Origin: an uncultured virus (IMG/VR IMGVR_UViG_3300037294_000661)
Taxonomy: Duplodnaviria > Heunggongvirae > Uroviricota > Caudoviricetes
Virus record (IMG/VR): IMGVR_UViG_3300037294_000661
Reading direction: 5' to 3' (one strand)
Length of the DNA stretch: 20,000 nucleotides
Positions 15,758 through 20,000 of this stretch are shown here, piece after piece (the stretch's first letter is position 1; every line of letters begins with the position of its first letter). Both the position numbers and the translations under genes were made by a program. Below the pieces are notes generated by a model that saw only the letters and a program-made list of their open reading frames with translations, was not told where the DNA came from and made no database searches.

Positions 15758-15775
15758 TTGCGCGAACGGTTAATT
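15758..15775. promoter_or_regulatory. Putative repressor operator, copy B
   Basis: TTGCGcGAacgGTTAATT; 14/18 identical to 16953-16970. Confidence 0.5.
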
Positions 15776-15784
15776 GCTGGTTTC

Positions 15785-15808
15785 AAAAAATGCCGACACG
15801 AAGTCGGC
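15785..15808 (-). terminator. Intrinsic terminator after the ImmA-like gene
   Basis: Minus strand GCCGAC-ttcgt-GTCGGC-ATTTTTT, about 20 nt after the stop codon. Confidence 0.65.
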
Positions 15809-15827
15809 GGCTAGGTGAGAGCAAGGA

Positions 15828-16661
15828 TCAAGCGATACCTGCTCCCGGTGTCAGAAGGCCGTAGCGTTCCATCCGAACCTGGATGAATCGCCGGTGAACG
15901 CCGAAGCGTTTTGCCAAGGCCTTCTGCAGACACTCCATGTCGAAGAAGCCAATGTCACCATCGGCGGTCAGCCGCATCGTGGTGCCGGGCAACTCCGGAT
16001 CGAGAGATGGACTACGGTGGATCGTCACACCGTGCTTCGGTGCCAGTACTTCAACCGCGCGGTACAAATGCTGTCGCGGCACAAGCAATGAGCCCATGAA
16101 TTCATTAGCACGCAGCTCGGCAAAATGGATATTGCGCTCAAGCTCGCTGTTACGTACTGCGCTCGGCTCTGGCTGTTTTGCCAAGTGCTCGGCGTCACGA
16201 GTCTCGGTTCGGTAGGCCTTGCGTGCCAGCTCCGAAGGGTCGTCGAACAGGCCAGGGCCCTGAGCGGCGGCGGCAATCCAGCTCGGCGCATCAAAAATGG
16301 CGTGGCCAAGCTCGTGGGCAAAGGTACTGAGCACCAGCTCCTCGGATGCCGTGTCACTGATAGGCGAGACGGACAGCATGGTGGCATCCGGTGATGCCTC
16401 GGGATCAAACTCGCAAACACCCAGTACCGGATTTCCCTGCTCGTCGTTGACGGCGTGCTCGGTGTCGACCCACAAGTCGAACTGGATGCCATTGATTTTC
16501 AGTCTGCTGATGTCGCGCAACACCGACAGCGAGATGGCATCGGTATTGGCATCAACCAGTTGCTGGCGAGCCAGCACTGCAATGCCTTCGACTTCAGAAT
16601 GTTTGATGTAGCGAGGGAGTTTCCGGTCGCAGCACCGGTAGGCGAGAGTCAACTCCGGCAT
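15828..16661 (-). CDS. ImmA/IrrE family zinc metallopeptidase (anti-repressor)
   Basis: HEXXH motif (STFAHELGHAIF), downstream E-x-x-AN-x-F-x-x-x-LLVP, C-terminal HTH-like LAKRFGVHRRFIQVRM; adjacent to the XRE gene. Confidence 0.9.
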   Translation of the reverse strand: MPELTLAYRCCDRKLPRYIKHSEVEGIAVLARQQLVDANTDAISLSVLRDISRLKINGIQFDLWVDTEHAVNDEQGNPVLGVCEFDPEASPDATMLSVSPISDTASEELVLSTFAHELGHAIFDAPSWIAAAAQGPGLFDDPSELARKAYRTETRDAEHLAKQPEPSAVRNSELERNIHFAELRANEFMGSLLVPRQHLYRAVEVLAPKHGVTIHRSPSLDPELPGTTMRLTADGDIGFFDMECLQKALAKRFGVHRRFIQVRMERYGLLTPGAGIA

Positions 16662-16940
16662 TCATTTCTCTCCCGTCGCGCGTTTGCGATACATCCGAAC
16701 GATATCTCCCACGTCCTCTCGCATGTCCGGCGGGAGGCGACTGGCTTCGATGAAGGCCTCGTCGGGGTTCTCACCAAGAATTTCTGCGGCTTTGCGGATC
16801 AGTTCGTCCTTGGGCGGCTTTTCCATCTCGCGCTCAATGCGCGACCAGTAGGCCGGTGAGATGTCGAGTTGGCGCGCGAAGTCGTTCATCGCAATACCCT
16901 TCGCGTCCCGTTTTTGTCTGATGTAGGTTCCAAAACCCAT
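16662..16940 (-). CDS. XRE-family HTH transcriptional repressor (ImmR-like)
   Basis: FGTYIRQKRDAKGIAMNDFARQLDISPAYWSRIERE; no S24 autopeptidase domain. Confidence 0.92.
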   Translation of the reverse strand: MGFGTYIRQKRDAKGIAMNDFARQLDISPAYWSRIEREMEKPPKDELIRKAAEILGENPDEAFIEASRLPPDMREDVGDIVRMYRKRATGEK

Positions 16941-16952
16941 GATGTAACCCAG

Positions 16953-17025
16953 TTGCGTGATTAGTTAATTTACTCAATCATAAAGGCAACAACCACGACC
17001 GTCAACTGTTTTGTTAACGCGCAAT
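16953..17025 (-). promoter_or_regulatory. Sigma70 promoter of xre-immA with flanking operator-like sites
   Basis: Minus strand TTGACG (17005-17000), N17, TATGAT (16982-16977). Operator copy A, TTGCGtGAttaGTTAATT, at 16953-16970. Partial inverted copy (ATTGCGCGTTAA on the minus strand) at about 17014-17025. Confidence 0.7.
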
Positions 17026-17133
17026 CTACGAATCACTGCGACCGCAAGAAATGACCGCCATTACCCTGCGTTGCCATCCTCTTCGGAAGATCGCGCTCAA
17101 TATTCATGACAGTTGCTATTCCCCGGAGCCGTC

Positions 17134-17328
17134 ATGAACAACATCGAAATCAATCCTCCGTCAGAGATGTCGTCCAGCGCCCGCGCTGCCGAGATCACGA
17201 CAATCCTTGCGGCCGCCATCGTCCGCACCCAGCTTGTGCAGGCCGTCAAACAGAGAGATGTTGACCTTGGCTTACTGCCCGACCAGCGCGTTCATACAAC
17301 CCCTTATCAAGAAAAGAGGTTGTCATGA
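17134..17328 (+). CDS. Small hypothetical protein (64 aa) upstream of DUF2924; coding status uncertain
   Basis: GGAG RBS and ATGA coupling to DUF2924, but its 3' part contains the repeated DNA motif. Confidence 0.5.
   Translation: MNNIEINPPSEMSSSARAAEITTILAAAIVRTQLVQAVKQRDVDLGLLPDQRVHTTPYQEKRLS
17265..17295 (+). promoter_or_regulatory. Repeated motif copy 4
   Basis: CCTTGGCTT-actgccc-GACCAGCGCGTTCAT; 29 nt before the DUF2924 ATG. Confidence 0.65.
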
Positions 17329-17774
17329 ACGAAAAACAAGCATCCGTCGCCGCGCGCATCTCCGACCTGTCGTGCCTGCCGATGGCCGAGCTCTGGACAC
17401 TGTGGGATCGGTACTTCACCCGCCGACCGGCTTATCCAAACCGCACTCACGTTGAATCCCGCGTCGCTTACAAACTGCAGGAGGATGCATTCGGTGGCCT
17501 CGCTGTCGCCACCCGCCAGCGGCGGGAGGCCATTGGCGCGAAGCATTCCAAGATCAAGCAGCGTGCCAAGCCCCGCGAGTTCAACTTTGCACCGGGAACG
17601 GTGCTGTTACGCGAATGGGGCGAGAGGGAACACAAAGTCACGGTGTCTGCCACCGGCCAGTTTGAATACGAGGGTCGCCCCTTCAAGAGTCTGACCGCCG
17701 TGGCGCGGTACATCACCGGCGCGCGCTGGTCTGGGCCCTTGTTCTTTGGCTTGGCGAAAGGCGGTGCGAAATGA
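17325..17774 (+). CDS. DUF2924-domain protein
   Basis: RVAYKLQE-x-AFGGL, PGTVLLREWG, FEYEGRPFKSLTAVARYITGARWSGPLFFGL. Confidence 0.9.
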   Translation: MNEKQASVAARISDLSCLPMAELWTLWDRYFTRRPAYPNRTHVESRVAYKLQEDAFGGLAVATRQRREAIGAKHSKIKQRAKPREFNFAPGTVLLREWGEREHKVTVSATGQFEYEGRPFKSLTAVARYITGARWSGPLFFGLAKGGAK

Positions 17775-19159
17775 ACGACCCTGTGCAAATCGCCAGCAGC
17801 AAGCCCCGCAAACGTTGCGCCGTCTACTGCCGGGTGTCATCAGACGAAAGACTGGATCAGGAATTCAACTCCATCGATGCCCAGAGGGAAGCTGGCCACG
17901 CCTACGTTGCCAGCCAGCGTGCCGAGGGATGGATACCGGTAGCCGACGACTACGACGACCCCGGATTTTCGGGAGGCAACACGGATCGCCCTGGGTTGAA
18001 ACGATTGCTGGCCGATATCCAGCGTGGGCTTGTCGACATCGTCGTGGTCTACAAAATCGACCGCCTCACGCGCAGCCTTGCCGACTTCTCCAAGATGGTT
18101 GAGGTGTTCGAGCGCCACGGTGTGTCCTTCGTATCGGTCACCCAGCAGTTCAACACCACTACCTCGATGGGGAGGTTGATGCTGAACGTGCTGCTGTCCT
18201 TCGCACAGTTCGAGCGGGAGGTCACTGGCGAGCGCATCCGGGACAAGATCGCGGCGGCCAAGCGCAAAGGAATGTGGATGGGTGGCGTGCCGACTCTGGG
18301 CTACAACGTCGAAAACCGCCTGTTGGTCATCAACGAAACCGAAGCGGCGGTGGTACGCCGCATCTTCGAGGAGATGCTGACCATCGGCGCGCCGACGCAG
18401 ATCGCCGCCAACCTGACCGCCGAGGGCATTACCACCAAAGCATGGACAACGCAGGATGGCCAGATCCGCAACGGGACGCAGATCGACAAAAAGTACCTGC
18501 ACAAGCTGCTGCGCAATCGCATCTTCCTTGGCGAGATTTCTCACAAGGGAAAGTGGTTCCCCGGCGTACAAGCGCCCATTATTGAACCCGCTCTGTGGGA
18601 TCGCGTACACGAGGTACTGGCCAAGGACGGTCACACCCGGTCGGTGGAAACCAAGATCAGATCGCGCACCGACGCCTTGCTGCGCGGCCTGCTGTACGCG
18701 CCATCAGGCGAGCGGATGTACCCGACCTACTCGCGCAAGAACGGGCGCAAGTACCACTACTACGTGTCCAAGTCGGAGAGCCGCTTTGGCGCACCGGGCA
18801 AAACTTATGAACGCCTGCCTGCTCCAGAAATTGAGGCTGCGGTGATCGCGCAGATCCGCACCGTGCTGACCAGTCCGGAGTCTATTGCGTCGGTGGTGCG
18901 CTTCGTCCAGCGCAATGGGGCCCAGATCGACGAGGCGACCACGGTGATGGCGATGGGGCGACTGAACGACGTCTGGGAGCAACTGTTTCCGGCAGAGCGC
19001 CATCGGATTGCGAATCTGATGATCGAGCGCATTGATCTTGTCCACACGGGTGAGGTTCAGGGCATCAAGGTGAAATGGCGCGAGATTGGCTGGAACGCGC
19101 TGATCGAAGAATTCGCGCCGAGCAGCATTGGTGCGGAAATGCTGGAGGTCGAGGCCTGA
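17771..19159 (+). CDS. Large serine recombinase (integrase)
   Basis: Catalytic AVYCRVSS, DDPGFSGGNTDRPGL, VYKIDRLTRS, FAQFERE-x-x-GERIRD, recombinase domain (LRNRIFLGEI...IIEPALWDRV). Confidence 0.95.
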   Translation: MNDPVQIASSKPRKRCAVYCRVSSDERLDQEFNSIDAQREAGHAYVASQRAEGWIPVADDYDDPGFSGGNTDRPGLKRLLADIQRGLVDIVVVYKIDRLTRSLADFSKMVEVFERHGVSFVSVTQQFNTTTSMGRLMLNVLLSFAQFEREVTGERIRDKIAAAKRKGMWMGGVPTLGYNVENRLLVINETEAAVVRRIFEEMLTIGAPTQIAANLTAEGITTKAWTTQDGQIRNGTQIDKKYLHKLLRNRIFLGEISHKGKWFPGVQAPIIEPALWDRVHEVLAKDGHTRSVETKIRSRTDALLRGLLYAPSGERMYPTYSRKNGRKYHYYVSKSESRFGAPGKTYERLPAPEIEAAVIAQIRTVLTSPESIASVVRFVQRNGAQIDEATTVMAMGRLNDVWEQLFPAERHRIANLMIERIDLVHTGEVQGIKVKWREIGWNALIEEFAPSSIGAEMLEVEA

Positions 19160-19530
19160 TGGACGACTCACTGGAAACCTTCGTGCCCTTGGCGTTTCGT
19201 CGCAAGGGGGCACGGCGTGTGGTCACGGATGACCGACACGTCCACGACGTGACGCTGCTGGAAGGACTGGCGCGGGGCTTTTACTGGCAGCAACTGGTCG
19301 ATACCGGGGCAATGGAAAGCGGGTCGGACATCGCGCGGGCAGAAGATCTGCATCCGTCCGTGCCCAACGAACTGATGCGCCTGACCTTGCTCGCGCCCGA
19401 CATCATCGAACTTTTGATGTCCGGCAGGCAGCCGCGCCGAATGAACCTGATCTGGTTCCAGCGGAACCCGGTGCCGGTAGATTGGGTGGCGCAACGCCAG
19501 ATCGTGCAACGCTTTGAGGAGGATGTATGA
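19159..19530 (+). CDS. Recombinase-associated small HTH-like protein, paralogue 1 (123 aa)
   Basis: TGATG coupling to the integrase; ETFVP...ARGFYWQQLVDTG...SDIARAE...LMRLTLLAPDIIE. Confidence 0.8.
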   Translation: MDDSLETFVPLAFRRKGARRVVTDDRHVHDVTLLEGLARGFYWQQLVDTGAMESGSDIARAEDLHPSVPNELMRLTLLAPDIIELLMSGRQPRRMNLIWFQRNPVPVDWVAQRQIVQRFEEDV

Positions 19531-20000
19531 GCAAGAAGCACCGGGGTCGGTACCAGGGTGACCCAGTCACCTACCAATTGCCGTCACCCGCAGGCGGTGT
19601 GCAATTGGAGACATTCGTGCCTTGGACGCTGGTCAAACGAGGCTTGAGGAAGCAGATCATCACGCCGCTGGATGCGCCGCAGGAATTCATGGAGGAGGCG
19701 CGCCTGGAGCGGCAGGCCCGCGAGTCGGTGCAGGACACCGCGCTGCTACGCGCCCTCGGGCTGGCCTATCACTGGCAGCGGTTGCTGGACGAGCAGCGCG
19801 TGGGTTCGGTGGCCGAGATCGCTGAGGCCGAGGAGATCAACGTGACACAGGTGCGCCGCCTGATGCGGCTGACCTTGCTGGCCCCGGCGGTCGTCGAGCA
19901 GTTGGTTGGTACGTCGGAAACGCCGCTGGAACAATTGATGCGCTGCCCGTGGCCCACTGCGTGGAAAGACCAGATCAGGGTGCTCGCTCCCACGGCGTGA
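19527..20000 (+). CDS. Recombinase-associated small HTH-like protein, paralogue 2 (157 aa)
   Basis: ATGA coupling; ETFVP...LAYHWQRLLDEQ...AEIAEAE...LMRLTLLAPAVVE...PTAWKDQ. Confidence 0.8.
   Translation: MSKKHRGRYQGDPVTYQLPSPAGGVQLETFVPWTLVKRGLRKQIITPLDAPQEFMEEARLERQARESVQDTALLRALGLAYHWQRLLDEQRVGSVAEIAEAEEINVTQVRRLMRLTLLAPAVVEQLVGTSETPLEQLMRCPWPTAWKDQIRVLAPTA

Larger units (their letters stand above)
1..20000. mobile_element. Prophage / integrated temperate phage region (packaging, DNA modification, replication, immunity and serine-integrase modules); extends beyond both window edges
   Basis: Terminase subunits, cos-like site, P4-family primase, Sak4-like ATPase, XRE-ImmA pair and large serine recombinase in phage-like order. 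No host housekeeping genes or att site are seen. Confidence 0.9.

Overview
The whole window (GC-rich, probably from a betaproteobacterial-type host) is part of one integrated temperate phage or prophage-like element with lambda-type packaging. The minus strand, read right to left, carries an XRE repressor and ImmA/IrrE metallopeptidase, then two large unknown proteins and an AlpA-like HTH. Next comes a replication/recombination operon (Sak4-like ATPase, SSB-like protein, P63C protein, DUF6511-like protein, Cas4/RecB-like nuclease, HTH, P4-family primase-helicase, a palindromic putative origin, RuvC-like resolvase) and a putative late regulator. These are followed by a lambda-like cos site, two tandem ParB-fused DNA methyltransferases, and the terminase small subunit plus the start of the GpA-type large subunit. 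The plus strand carries three small counter-oriented genes in front of terS and a DUF2924 / large serine recombinase / two-paralogue integration module. The most notable unannotated signals are non-coding: (1) a 31-bp motif, (G/C)CTTGGCTT-N7-GA(A/C)CAGCGCGTT(CAT/ACT), 29-36 nt upstream of each of the three small plus-strand genes and of the DUF2924/recombinase operon; (2) a cosQ/cosN/cosB-like site about 4.2 kb from terS; (3) a shared operator plus terminator that outlines the XRE/ImmA switch; (4) a 104-bp palindrome after the primase. Family names come from recognition of sequence motifs by eye; no database search was run.
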